Below are positions 1 to 8,268 of a DNA stretch of 64,000 nt, in pieces. The position numbers were made by a program, and so were the translations under genes. The notes below the pieces were generated by a model. That model saw only the letters and a program-made list of their open reading frames with translations, was not told the origin of the DNA and made no database searches. Position 1 is the first letter of the stretch, and every line of letters starts with the position of its first letter. Source of the stretch: a virus; the IMG/VR virus record IMGVR_UViG_3300031111_000011, positions 1-64,000 of that record; one strand, given 5' to 3'.

Positions 1-94
1 GCAGGAGGGATCTTTGATCCCGTATGCCAGAATGGTGAACGAAAGTACCCCCAAGGTACTTTCGAATCACCTATGAAACTAATATACTAATAAA

Positions 95-126
95 CCCAGT
101 TCTTCAGGAACTGGGTTATTTTTTTT
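95..126 (+). terminator. rho-independent terminator hairpin (cccagttc/gaactggg) with T-tract
   Basis: 8-bp perfect stem, 5-nt loop, followed by ttatttttttt. Confidence 0.6.
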
Positions 127-281
127 GAAAAAAATAATATTATATTTTCTATTAGAGAACCCCTTTAGGGGTTCTAATAAATAATATTTAGTATTAATAG
201 AGCCGCCGCTCTATAAGCGGCGTCTATAGAGCCAACCTACCCCGACCCCCTATTTCCGAGTGTGTGCAGATCTGAGAACCA

Positions 282-311
282 GTTGCAAAAATTCCGTGTG
301 AGGGTGTATAT
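282..311 (+). promoter_or_regulatory. sigma70-like promoter TTGCAA-N18-TATATA
   Basis: Near-consensus -35/-10; a TGAGAA half-site lies just upstream at 266-276. Confidence 0.4.
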
Positions 312-340
312 ATACGCCTGAGAACTCGCGGGAGAACTTC

Positions 341-364
341 GGGGCACCCCCTCCGGGGTGCCCC
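341..364. repeat. perfect 10-bp inverted repeat GGGGCACCCC-ctcc-GGGGTGCCCC
   Basis: Strong GC hairpin in the non-coding leader; no T-tract, so not a classic terminator. Confidence 0.6.
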
Positions 365-370
365 CCCCAG

Positions 371-400
371 TATCTGACAACATCTGACAGTATCTGACCA
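371..400 (+). repeat. three tandem 10-bp direct repeats (t/c)ATCTGAC(a/c), iteron-like
   Basis: tatctgacaa / catctgacag / tatctgacca are head-to-tail; shares an ATCTGA core with the palindrome family. Confidence 0.55.
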
Positions 401-858
401 TCCTCATCCTCTCCGCACAAGGTGACTGGGCACCACACTGAGCCACCACTCACCCTGGTCATCATCCTGTACCACTACGACCACACCACACACAACACAC
501 TGAATACATGGCACATACTCACCTCTCACCCTGCGGTATTGTGACCACATTGTGACCTATGGTCCATAGACATCTAAAGGATCGGGAGAAGTGGGTTGTC
601 CTGGTCCTGGTATGGTCCAGGCTAATCACTGCTAATCGTGCGCCCTGGTACGTGAAATCGTATTTCATTATGACATGGCATGTGATGACATTTCACAAAA
701 AGTGTCTCACTATGTGTCTCACTGAGACAACACACCACACTAAGCACCTGATATTACAAGACCCACCTAAGTCACCTACTGGTGACTAATTACCTTCCTG
801 CATTTTATTTCATCTTTTTTGAGAAAAAGAGCATTTGTGAGGAAATCGGAGCTTTTTG

Positions 859-874
859 TGCTCATATCTGAGAA
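859..874. promoter_or_regulatory. palindromic element TGCTCA-tatc-TGAGAA (family copy 1)
   Basis: Matches 16-bp consensus TTCTCA-N4-TGAGAA; lies upstream of the ORF-free 880-1510 stretch. Confidence 0.5.
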
Positions 875-1477
875 GACACACCAAAAACCGGTCCTAATCG
901 GGTCTTATCAGACTTGAGAAGTTGAGTGGGGTTGCGTATAACCAAGCCACGTTGTGAGGGAAACCACAACGGACACGGCGCAAGCCACGTCGCTCTTTTA
1001 CATAGAAGGCCACACGGGATGAGAGGCACAGGGGAAACGGTGCCAGCGAGTAAACCCCATCAATAACATCTCACCTCGTGGCGATGACAAAGATCGGCAG
1101 GGATTTCCCCTGGGGAACGGCTACCCGTCAAGGTCTACTTACTCAAGCCTCAACTTGAGACGCCCAAAATAGTGGCTACGTAGATAAACGGTTAGGGCCG
1201 AGAGCCCAAACGATAACAAAACACACTCAACACGACTCACCATAGCTTGCTTACGGAAAAGTAAGGGATGCGGATGGTGGCAAGTTACTTGCCTTAATAT
1301 CCATTGAAAGCGTCATCCATCGGAAAAGTACGGGCTTCCTGGTGAGTTGTCTCTCCTCTGCTCTCTCATTGGAACATAGAACGGCGTCCCTTTTCATCCC
1401 TTGACATGGTTTCGACTAGGTCATGCGGACAGGATATCACGCCTCGTCGGTCCTTTCGAGGGAGTTGAGGGGAAACC

Positions 1478-1510
1478 AAAGCCCACCATTTAGGTGGTGG
1501 GCTCTGTTTT
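1478..1510 (+). terminator. rho-independent terminator (agcccaccat/ggtggtgggct + tctgtttt)
   Basis: 10-bp stem and T-tract just upstream of the first CDS; would end a non-coding transcript from the 880-1510 region. Confidence 0.6.
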
Positions 1511-1541
1511 CCCTTCAACCTAAGCACAAGGAGCACAGACT

Positions 1542-1847
1542 ATGAAAAAAACTGAACTCTACTTTGGCATGGAAGTCCACGGACGGGATGATGTTACCGA
1601 AGATGAATTCAACGAATTCCTGGAGAGGCATGTCTCCCCTGCTTTTCCTGACGGCCTGACCGTTACCGATGCGCAAGGCCAATGGCTTTCACCCGTGGCT
1701 GGTCTGGTCAAGGAAGGCTCGAAGATCCTGATTCTGCTCCACGATGGCGCGGACAACGCCATTGAATCCATCCGCAATATTTACAAAGCTCTCTTTGCTC
1801 AGGACAGCGTCCTTCGCATTGATCATGCCGTCAACGTCTCTTTCTAA
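1542..1847 (+). CDS. hypothetical protein (101 aa)
   Basis: ORF with SD aaggagcacagactATG. Confidence 0.55.
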   Translation: MKKTELYFGMEVHGRDDVTEDEFNEFLERHVSPAFPDGLTVTDAQGQWLSPVAGLVKEGSKILILLHDGADNAIESIRNIYKALFAQDSVLRIDHAVNVSF

Positions 1848-1857
1848 GGAGGAATCA

Positions 1858-2028
1858 TGACCACTTTTCTGCACTTCGCGGTCTGGATGACAATGTTGGA
1901 CGACCATCTCACTTTGGCAAGCACCAGCACCTGGACGGTCTATCGGTCTTTGCTTAGTCGGCAAACCAGCGAGGGAATCGACCCCTTCTGCAAAAGCATT
2001 GAGCGTTTCTACGGCGCGGATCGATAAC
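1858..2028 (+). CDS. hypothetical small protein (56 aa)
   Basis: Strong SD ctaaggaggaatcATG, 10 nt after previous stop. Confidence 0.45.
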
Positions 2029-2086
2029 CAAACACACCAGGGGAGCACCTTTAGGGGTGCTCCTCACTATGGAGGAGATCTACTAA

Positions 2087-2181
2087 TGAGCCCTGAGCAG
2101 GAGTACAAACGACAACGGGCGAAGATCCTGGCCGAAATCGAACGTAGACAACAACAGCAACAGAAGGAGCGAAAACGATGA
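2087..2181 (+). CDS. hypothetical mini-protein (31 aa, basic/Gln-rich)
   Basis: SD ggaggagatctactaATG; ATGA overlap with next gene. Confidence 0.3.
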
Positions 2182-2345
2182 AACACTTTTTGATCCACTA
2201 CAAGCGGCCCGACAGTGGCCGCATCTATCATGTCGAGGTCACGGGTGAAACCATCATGGATGCCTGGAAGTCCGCACCGGAGCGTGTTCAGTTCCTGGAA
2301 CGAGGGAAAGCGCACCGTCGCTACGGCATAACCGAAATCTGCTGA
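2178..2345 (+). CDS. hypothetical small protein (55 aa)
   Basis: ATGA start-stop coupling; SD aggagcgaaaacgATG. Confidence 0.4.
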   Translation: MKHFLIHYKRPDSGRIYHVEVTGETIMDAWKSAPERVQFLERGKAHRRYGITEIC

Positions 2346-2421
2346 CCGCTTTACGTCTCCGCATCGCCTGGGAATCGGTGCGGAGAGGCAAACCGATCAA
2401 CTCACTCAATAGGAGGTCATC

Positions 2422-2571
2422 ATGGATAACACCTGCGATCAATGTCTATGCAAGAATTGTGACCATCCGGACTGCCCGTACCCATGCAAGGCGCAGCACT
2501 GCTGCGAAGCACCAGTCACTCGATGCCAGGATCTGGAAGATTATCGAAATGCGAAGGGATACAACAAGTAA
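2422..2571 (+). CDS. Cys-rich mini-protein (49 aa, 8 Cys; zinc-ribbon-like)
   Basis: SD aataggaggtcatcATG; CxxCxxC...C...C motifs. Replaces the mis-framed long ORF 2378-2722. Confidence 0.45.
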   Translation: MDNTCDQCLCKNCDHPDCPYPCKAQHCCEAPVTRCQDLEDYRNAKGYNK

Positions 2572-2572
2572 T

Positions 2573-2722
2573 ATGACGGTACAAGACGCACTCGCCAAAT
2601 TGGAAGAGATCCACAGGCCGAAAGGCGAACCCAAAGAGGTGAAACCGTCCACCTTCCGCAGAACGTGGAATGTGAACGAATACCGACTCAGGAGGATGTC
2701 ATGGAAGAGAGGAAAATCATGA
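2573..2722 (+). CDS. hypothetical small basic protein (49 aa)
   Basis: In-frame ATG 2 nt after previous stop; C-terminal part of listed ORF 2378-2722. Confidence 0.35.
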   Translation: MTVQDALAKLEEIHRPKGEPKEVKPSTFRRTWNVNEYRLRRMSWKRGKS

Positions 2723-3003
2723 GCAATCCCAGACTGAACACTCACCTCAAAGGTGAGGAAAAAATCGGCAATTGCACAGTGAGAATGATCCGCAAAACTG
2801 CGAACGAGCAGACCTACGAGTATGTCATCGAGATCATCGGACCCATGCACGGGATCGGTGACACGTACCAGATGGTCAAGATCCACTTCAAAGCGGAGTG
2901 GGGAAACGTGGAAAGCGGCCAGGATGCAGCCATGGATGCGGCTCGAATGTTCCGGAATCTGCGGGAAAGCAACCTTTCCACATTCACCTTCAATGAATCG
3001 TAA
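2701..3003 (+). CDS. hypothetical protein (100 aa)
   Basis: SD aggaggatgtcATG; alternative ATG at 2719 with ATGA overlap. Confidence 0.5.
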   Translation: MEERKIMSNPRLNTHLKGEEKIGNCTVRMIRKTANEQTYEYVIEIIGPMHGIGDTYQMVKIHFKAEWGNVESGQDAAMDAARMFRNLRESNLSTFTFNES

Positions 3004-3019
3004 CCAGGAGGAGAGCAAC

Positions 3020-3175
3020 ATGAAGACCTACCGCATCAAACACCGTAAAGGCAAGAACACGAATCACTGGGCCATCTGGGAAGTCAAGAAGGGAAACAAG
3101 ACGGGACCGCCCAGGATCGTGGCAACGGGACCGTACAGCGAGGTCTGGGCCAAGTTCCAGGAGATCATCGGCTGA
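3020..3175 (+). CDS. hypothetical small basic protein (51 aa)
   Basis: SD ccaggaggagagcaacATG. Confidence 0.45.
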   Translation: MKTYRIKHRKGKNTNHWAIWEVKKGNKTGPPRIVATGPYSEVWAKFQEIIG

Positions 3176-3255
3176 TTGCCTTACGTCCCCACATGAGCGC
3201 TCAAGCGCTTGTGTGGGGAGGCAAGCCAATCAACACACTAAAAGGGGAGGATTTC

Positions 3256-3429
3256 ATGACGTACTGGAATTGGATGTTGGACCTGATCTTTGATTTCGCA
3301 CCATTTAACCATGATCTGGCTGCTTTTGTCCGGGATCTGGGAATGTCCGCTCAGGTCATGCCATTGCACCGGGATCACCACGAACTGTTCGGGGAAATCG
3401 TGGACAGTTGGCACGGTGACAACCGATAG
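3256..3429 (+). CDS. hypothetical small protein (57 aa)
   Basis: SD aaaggggaggatttcATG inside listed ORF 3193-3429. Confidence 0.45.
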   Translation: MTYWNWMLDLIFDFAPFNHDLAAFVRDLGMSAQVMPLHRDHHELFGEIVDSWHGDNR

Positions 3430-3438
3430 GAGGAAATC

Positions 3439-3831
3439 ATGGGACGAAGCGTAAGCACACCACCGAATTGCGAGGCCGTGGCCTACCAGCACATGGACTT
3501 TGAGGATGAAATCGACTGGGAAATGTTCGTTGAGGACATCCGCTTCATTGCCACCTCACTCTGGCCGTCTCTGGATGAGACGGACGAATGGGTGGGCCGT
3601 GAGGACCACGCACTCCTTGAGAATCAGCACTGCTACATCGGGGTGAGTGAGTACTGTGGACTCATCGCCATCTGGCTCCAGGTCAAGGAGGACATGAACA
3701 ACGATCATCCGGAGCTTTCCCGGCACTGGTGTGGTCAGATTAGCAAGCGGTTCGTGGAAACCTTCGGGGAACTGCGGAAGGTTGGAACATTCAGCAACGG
3801 GGAAGCCGTTTTCGAAAGGATCGCCGCATAA
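3439..3831 (+). CDS. hypothetical acidic protein (130 aa)
   Basis: SD taggaggaaatcATG. Confidence 0.55.
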   Translation: MGRSVSTPPNCEAVAYQHMDFEDEIDWEMFVEDIRFIATSLWPSLDETDEWVGREDHALLENQHCYIGVSEYCGLIAIWLQVKEDMNNDHPELSRHWCGQISKRFVETFGELRKVGTFSNGEAVFERIAA

Positions 3832-4010
3832 TGACCACCTATCTCATGTACATCGACTGGATGACCATCGGGTCAGGGCTGCTTTCTGCCGATGACCTGG
3901 ACTTTCTCACCCTAATGGTGGACCGATCCAGTCAGGTGAAGGTGCTCCTGGCTCAAAGGGATGCAGGAATTCAGAGAATCAGCAACCGATTCACGGGCAT
4001 TAGCCGATAG
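3831..4010 (+). CDS. hypothetical small protein (59 aa)
   Basis: TAATG start-stop overlap; ends with TAG just before an SD. Confidence 0.4.
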   Translation: MTTYLMYIDWMTIGSGLLSADDLDFLTLMVDRSSQVKVLLAQRDAGIQRISNRFTGISR

Positions 4011-4019
4011 GAGGAGCTA

Positions 4020-4439
4020 ATGGTATCAGCCCAGATAGCGGAGAAGATCCAAAAAGTCCACGCACTTGCCGAACGCGGCATCAACGGGGAAAAGGCAGCA
4101 GCAGAACGGCTGCTTGCCAGCCTACTCACCAAGCACGATGTCACCCTGGAGCAGGTGGGCATCTTCAATGCCAAGCGATCCTGGCACACATTCTCTTTCC
4201 AAGACAAACAACAGAAAGCTTTTCTCTCTCATATCATCGCAGCAGTAGTAAAACGGAAGTATAGTGCGGAGATAAATGGGAAGAAGTTTTTTGCATGGAT
4301 GACTGAAGACGAGGCCACAAACGCACGGCTTGCTTACGTTAAAGCGAAGAGATACTATAACCGGGAAGTAAAGTCTGCAAAAAACAGAACAGCGAATATG
4401 ATCATCAACTCACTCTACACCAAAGGAGAAGCACAATGA
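4020..4439 (+). CDS. hypothetical protein (139 aa)
   Basis: SD taggaggagctaATG. Confidence 0.55.
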   Translation: MVSAQIAEKIQKVHALAERGINGEKAAAERLLASLLTKHDVTLEQVGIFNAKRSWHTFSFQDKQQKAFLSHIIAAVVKRKYSAEINGKKFFAWMTEDEATNARLAYVKAKRYYNREVKSAKNRTANMIINSLYTKGEAQ

Positions 4440-5332
4440 CCCTCATGAAAAAGATCGAAAACGGAACTGATGCCATCCTCGCCATGGAAGAAGCCGGACA
4501 CAATTACACCGTCAGCAAGGTGCCCCTGGTTCTGCCCAACGGCGCGACGGTGCCCGATATGTGCGCCACGGTTACCGACGATGGCCGGTATCTGGGCACT
4601 GTGGGGCGGGACTTCCAACCCGTTCAGCCAGTGGACGTCTACGGGATTGCCCAGAACATGATCGATCTTTCCGGAGGCCAGATCACCAAGGTCGCAACTC
4701 TCCACGATGGTGGGTCGATGGCGATTTCCATCCACCTCCAACGGATGGAGCCGGTCACTGGGGACGTTGTGGATCTGGACTTCCTGCTCATGGCGGGGAA
4801 CAACGGCAAGATGGCGGTCCAGGGCCGATCCTTGTCAACCCGATTCTTTTGCATGAATCAACTTCCTTCGTCCACCTCACTCTTTTCCCTGAAGCACACC
4901 GTGAATGTTCTTTCTCGGATGGAGACGGCCACCAAGATGCTGGCCTACTACAACCGGGAACTCACCAAGTTCCAGGATGCCCTGCGGGTGCTCACTCGCT
5001 TCCGACATCCTGAAAAACAAGCGCTGGAATGGTTCACTGGGCTTCTCCCTGCTCCCCAGAAGGACAGCAAACGCAGTGCGTCCATCCACGAGAATACCGT
5101 GGAAACCTTCATCGAGCTACTCCACGACGGCCAGGGCGCAAATCATCCCGGTGTCCGTGGAACCGGATGGGGATCGCTGAATGCCCTGACGGAGTGGGTG
5201 AATCACCATCGGTCCACTCGTGTCCGGGGTGACCGTGATCCGGAGGAGGTCAAATTCACCTCCGTGACCATGGGGTCCGGTGATCAACTGATGCAGAAGG
5301 GGCTCAAGTCCCTACTCAAGATTGCCGTGTAA
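4436..5332 (+). CDS. hypothetical protein (298 aa), possibly DUF932-like
   Basis: ATGA overlap with upstream gene; size and composition resemble DUF932 proteins (unverified). Confidence 0.5.
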   Translation: MTLMKKIENGTDAILAMEEAGHNYTVSKVPLVLPNGATVPDMCATVTDDGRYLGTVGRDFQPVQPVDVYGIAQNMIDLSGGQITKVATLHDGGSMAISIHLQRMEPVTGDVVDLDFLLMAGNNGKMAVQGRSLSTRFFCMNQLPSSTSLFSLKHTVNVLSRMETATKMLAYYNRELTKFQDALRVLTRFRHPEKQALEWFTGLLPAPQKDSKRSASIHENTVETFIELLHDGQGANHPGVRGTGWGSLNALTEWVNHHRSTRVRGDRDPEEVKFTSVTMGSGDQLMQKGLKSLLKIAV

Positions 5333-5521
5333 ACCCGCAGAGGGTGCAAGGGAACCTCCACGGGGCGGGGTGGTCCTGCCCAGGCAACGTGTGACTCCCT
5401 GAGTGCCAAGAAGTGATGGGGAGGACCGGAGGAGCATCTCAGCAGGGTTCTTGCCAAACCCTGGCTCTTTGGATGGCTCCTCCCCTACTTCGCTCAAAAC
5501 CTACTAAATCGAGGAGGTACT

Positions 5522-5698
5522 GTGGAACCCGCACTGCTTGAAGAGATTCAAAACGGGCCAACTATTGATGGCTACAAAGAACTCGCCCGACAGATTGATT
5601 GGGTCCAGAGGCTTAATGGGATGAAAGATGATTTGACCATTAGTGCCCTGACCCACATTGTGGACAGGATGAAAAAGGGAGGTGTAAAGTGCCGCTGA
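5522..5698 (+). CDS. hypothetical small protein (58 aa, GTG start)
   Basis: SD aatcgaggaggtactGTG; overlaps next gene start. Confidence 0.35.
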   Translation: MEPALLEEIQNGPTIDGYKELARQIDWVQRLNGMKDDLTISALTHIVDRMKKGGVKCR

Positions 5699-5964
5699 CC
5701 AAAAACGATGCACGGGTACTTCGAGTGCTGGCCGATCATCTGAAATTCAACAAAGATTCTCCGAAGGTGGAAGCGGATCTTCGCCGCATTGCCGACGAGA
5801 TTGATCCTGGCCCATCGGTGCCCCTGCTGGAGCACCAGCTTGCCGCCGCCATCTCGAAGGTCCAGGAGGTTCCTGGTGTCTACATGTTGGATGCGTTCGG
5901 GCTCTTGTCCCAGATTCGAACCAAGATCATCCAGGGAAAGCTGCGGATCGATATCATCGAATAA
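5689..5964 (+). CDS. hypothetical protein (91 aa, GTG start)
   Basis: SD aaaaagggaggtgtaaaGTG. Confidence 0.5.
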   Translation: MPLTKNDARVLRVLADHLKFNKDSPKVEADLRRIADEIDPGPSVPLLEHQLAAAISKVQEVPGVYMLDAFGLLSQIRTKIIQGKLRIDIIE

Positions 5965-5974
5965 GGAGGAGTCC

Positions 5975-6331
5975 ATGGCCTGGACAGCACGGAAAAGCTA
6001 CATGATCAACGAGCGCTCAGATACAGATCTCAGTGTTCAGATTATTTTCTCACTGGAGAGCAACCTCCTCAACAACGCCTCACTCCCAAGAGTAATTCAC
6101 GAACTTCAGACGGTCCACACCAAGTGGTGCATCCTGAGTAACGAGCACCAGTGGAAGCTATTCGGTGGCAGTCCACGAGGGAAACTGGAACGTCAATACA
6201 AGGAGGACTGGATAATCTCACGCGATCCGTTCAAGGTGCAGATTACCTGCTGCTCTCGTGACTTCGACTCACTCGATGAACGTGACCGATACATTTCGTA
6301 TCTTCACACTCTGGGGTATATTCCCTGGTAA
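5975..6331 (+). CDS. hypothetical protein (118 aa)
   Basis: SD ataaggaggagtccATG within listed ORF 5789-6331. Confidence 0.55.
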   Translation: MAWTARKSYMINERSDTDLSVQIIFSLESNLLNNASLPRVIHELQTVHTKWCILSNEHQWKLFGGSPRGKLERQYKEDWIISRDPFKVQITCCSRDFDSLDERDRYISYLHTLGYIPW

Positions 6332-6468
6332 GGAGGAGCCACTGGCGAGACGTGCCCAGGTTGACAGTGTTGCCGCACCGGTTTTTCTGGAAGAGGTGCG
6401 GGACGAAGTCAGCGTCTACAATCTGAAACGGGCCAAAACCAGCATGGACGTGTAACCAAGGAGAAGAC

Positions 6469-6684
6469 ATGTTTTACATCAGGTTTCTTGAGCTATGGAA
6501 TCTGTCAACATCGGATTTTAGGATTTACGGGGCGACTTTTGCGACGGATGAAATCTGGTTTTTAATTGTGGAGAAAGGCCGTGGGCTCTCTCACTGGGGC
6601 CGATCTCTACAGGCCAGGATGAATCGTTACAACGGCGTTATCCACTCTGATGATCATCCCCTGAACAAACTCTATGGGAGGTAA
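6469..6684 (+). CDS. hypothetical protein (71 aa)
   Basis: SD aaggagaagacATG. Confidence 0.5.
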   Translation: MFYIRFLELWNLSTSDFRIYGATFATDEIWFLIVEKGRGLSHWGRSLQARMNRYNGVIHSDDHPLNKLYGR

Positions 6685-6686
6685 AC

Positions 6687-6974
6687 ATGAAAGAGCATCG
6701 ATTCACCATCGAAAGTGCGGCCCAGGTCAGAGCCAAGGTCAAGGCGTTTCAGGAACTGACCGATGCCAAGAAGGTTGAGGTTCGGGTTCGAGGCCCGTTC
6801 CAATTCGACAAGTCCAAGGATCAGCCCATCTTCATTTCCGCACCGGATGGGGATCTGGTCACCGTCTCGGATAAGGCGGGGACCGCTATCCACCGAGCCT
6901 CCAAGCAGGACATCAAACTGGGGGCCAATCCCGACCTGGATTTTCCCCAGGTCTGTATTCTGCGGGTCAGATAA
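6687..6974 (+). CDS. hypothetical protein (95 aa)
   Basis: SD atgggaggtaaacATG. Confidence 0.5.
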   Translation: MKEHRFTIESAAQVRAKVKAFQELTDAKKVEVRVRGPFQFDKSKDQPIFISAPDGDLVTVSDKAGTAIHRASKQDIKLGANPDLDFPQVCILRVR

Positions 6975-7041
6975 GCTCATTTCGTGGCGGGTCCGGTCCA
7001 CTGTGACCGGATCTGTCACACACACTCGATAAGGAGGATCG

Positions 7042-7176
7042 ATGCAAATAATCTATGTACACGACCAGAAAATTGTCATCAACGACAAAACGCCCAAACG
7101 ACGTGTCCGAAAACGTGTCAAACGACTGGAACCTTACCGACGAAAGGGCAAATACAAGGATCTTTTTGTTGATTAG
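7042..7176 (+). CDS. hypothetical basic mini-protein (44 aa)
   Basis: SD taaggaggatcgATG. Confidence 0.35.
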   Translation: MQIIYVHDQKIVINDKTPKRRVRKRVKRLEPYRRKGKYKDLFVD

Positions 7177-7179
7177 GGG

Positions 7180-7208
7180 TTGACCTACCGCCTGTAATTT
7201 ATATCATA
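7180..7208 (+). promoter_or_regulatory. sigma70-like promoter TTGACC-N16/17-TATCAT upstream of LuxR-family gene
   Basis: -35/-10 spacing; about 40 nt upstream of the ATG at 7249. Confidence 0.4.
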
Positions 7209-7248
7209 TTTCCAGTGAGTTGAACTCTCAACGGAAAGGGTCCAGGTC

Positions 7249-8028
7249 ATGGAAAAACTCAGAGAGGCAATGTCCAAGGTGCTACGAGACGTAGGCGAAG
7301 GGTACGAACTGTTCTTGCTGGTTACTTACCACAGTCAGACCACTGGGGTCACCATCTTGGACAAGGATCTGACCATCCTCTGGTACAACCCATATGTCCA
7401 AAAATACTTTGGCCTTGAGTTCATTAACACTAATTACCTTGACAGGTTTCCTGGGGAGCAGAGAGAGGCCACGAAGAGTCAACTGCGGCAAGCAGAAAGG
7501 ACCGGGGTCAGTGATCCTGCGCTCCTTCAGCCCCCAGGTGTTGAGATGGTTGTCGAAAGGCGCATCTGGGCAGTCTCAGGCGGGTACATCGCCGCATCCT
7601 ACGACCACACCGTACTCACTCAAGCAGAACAACGCACCAAGGATGTACAGACCACACTGACCCTCTTAGCTGAGGCGCGGGAGGGGCTGATACGGGATGC
7701 CCAACTCAAGACACTGGATATGATGGAAACTCACTGCAAGGCAATCTGCGGCAAATATGGGAACCGAAGCCCGTATGAGTGCAAGTCGAGAAAGAAAGTG
7801 CTGGCTGAGATCCTGGCAGGTAGGCCCAGGCTCCAGACCACACTCACTGACACTGAACTGGAGGTGGCTCGGCTCTACCAAGCGGGTCATCGGAGAAAGG
7901 AGGTTGCCGAGATCCTCGATGTGTCTGAGCATACGGTAAAAAATCATAGTACCTCCATCAGAAAAAAGCTTGGCATGAACAACCCAAGTGTGTCCCTTAT
8001 TGAGTATCTTCAACGGTTTACCTTATAG
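7249..8028 (+). CDS. LuxR/FixJ-family transcriptional regulator with N-terminal PAS-like sensor domain (259 aa)
   Basis: C-terminal HTH TDTELEVARLYQAGHRRKEVAEILDVSEHTVKNHSTSIRKKLGM matches the LuxR-type HTH signature; the N-terminal ~120 aa have PAS-like composition. Confidence 0.7.
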   Translation: MEKLREAMSKVLRDVGEGYELFLLVTYHSQTTGVTILDKDLTILWYNPYVQKYFGLEFINTNYLDRFPGEQREATKSQLRQAERTGVSDPALLQPPGVEMVVERRIWAVSGGYIAASYDHTVLTQAEQRTKDVQTTLTLLAEAREGLIRDAQLKTLDMMETHCKAICGKYGNRSPYECKSRKKVLAEILAGRPRLQTTLTDTELEVARLYQAGHRRKEVAEILDVSEHTVKNHSTSIRKKLGMNNPSVSLIEYLQRFTL

Positions 8029-8177
8029 GACCGGATTAGGACCAGAATGGGACTTAACAAAATATTCTGGCATTGTTAAGTATTTCCTAATCAGGTCGGA
8101 ACCCAGTGATTTAGAACCTTTGGAAGACGGAAGGAGGCAGACGCTCACTTAGGTCGATCTCCCATAAATGGTACACC

Positions 8178-8207
8178 TTGACATACGGAGATGTGAGAAG
8201 GTACAGT
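8178..8207 (+). promoter_or_regulatory. sigma70-like promoter TTGACA-N17-(G)TACAGT
   Basis: Consensus -35; the spacer contains the half-site aTGTGAGAAg of the palindrome family. Confidence 0.4.
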
Positions 8208-8268
8208 ACGTTGCTCTGCAACTAATAGCCAGAGAGCTACTACGCACTCACCAGAAAGGGAGTCAAGA

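Noticed and set aside
559-789. 76-aa ORF 559-789 and minus-strand ORFs 237-465
   Set aside because: They lie in the repeat-dense non-coding leader, have no RBS, and their composition is driven by CA-rich and hairpin repeats.
2378-2722. 114-aa ORF 2378-2722
   Set aside because: Arg-rich improbable N-terminus; the region is better explained by an SD-preceded Cys-rich gene in another frame (2422-2571) plus a short gene 2573-2722.
6258-6455. 65-aa ORF 6258-6455
   Set aside because: Its only ATG lies 74 nt inside the upstream gene and no good start follows the SD at 6329-6337; left uncalled. A CTG/other non-canonical start cannot be excluded.
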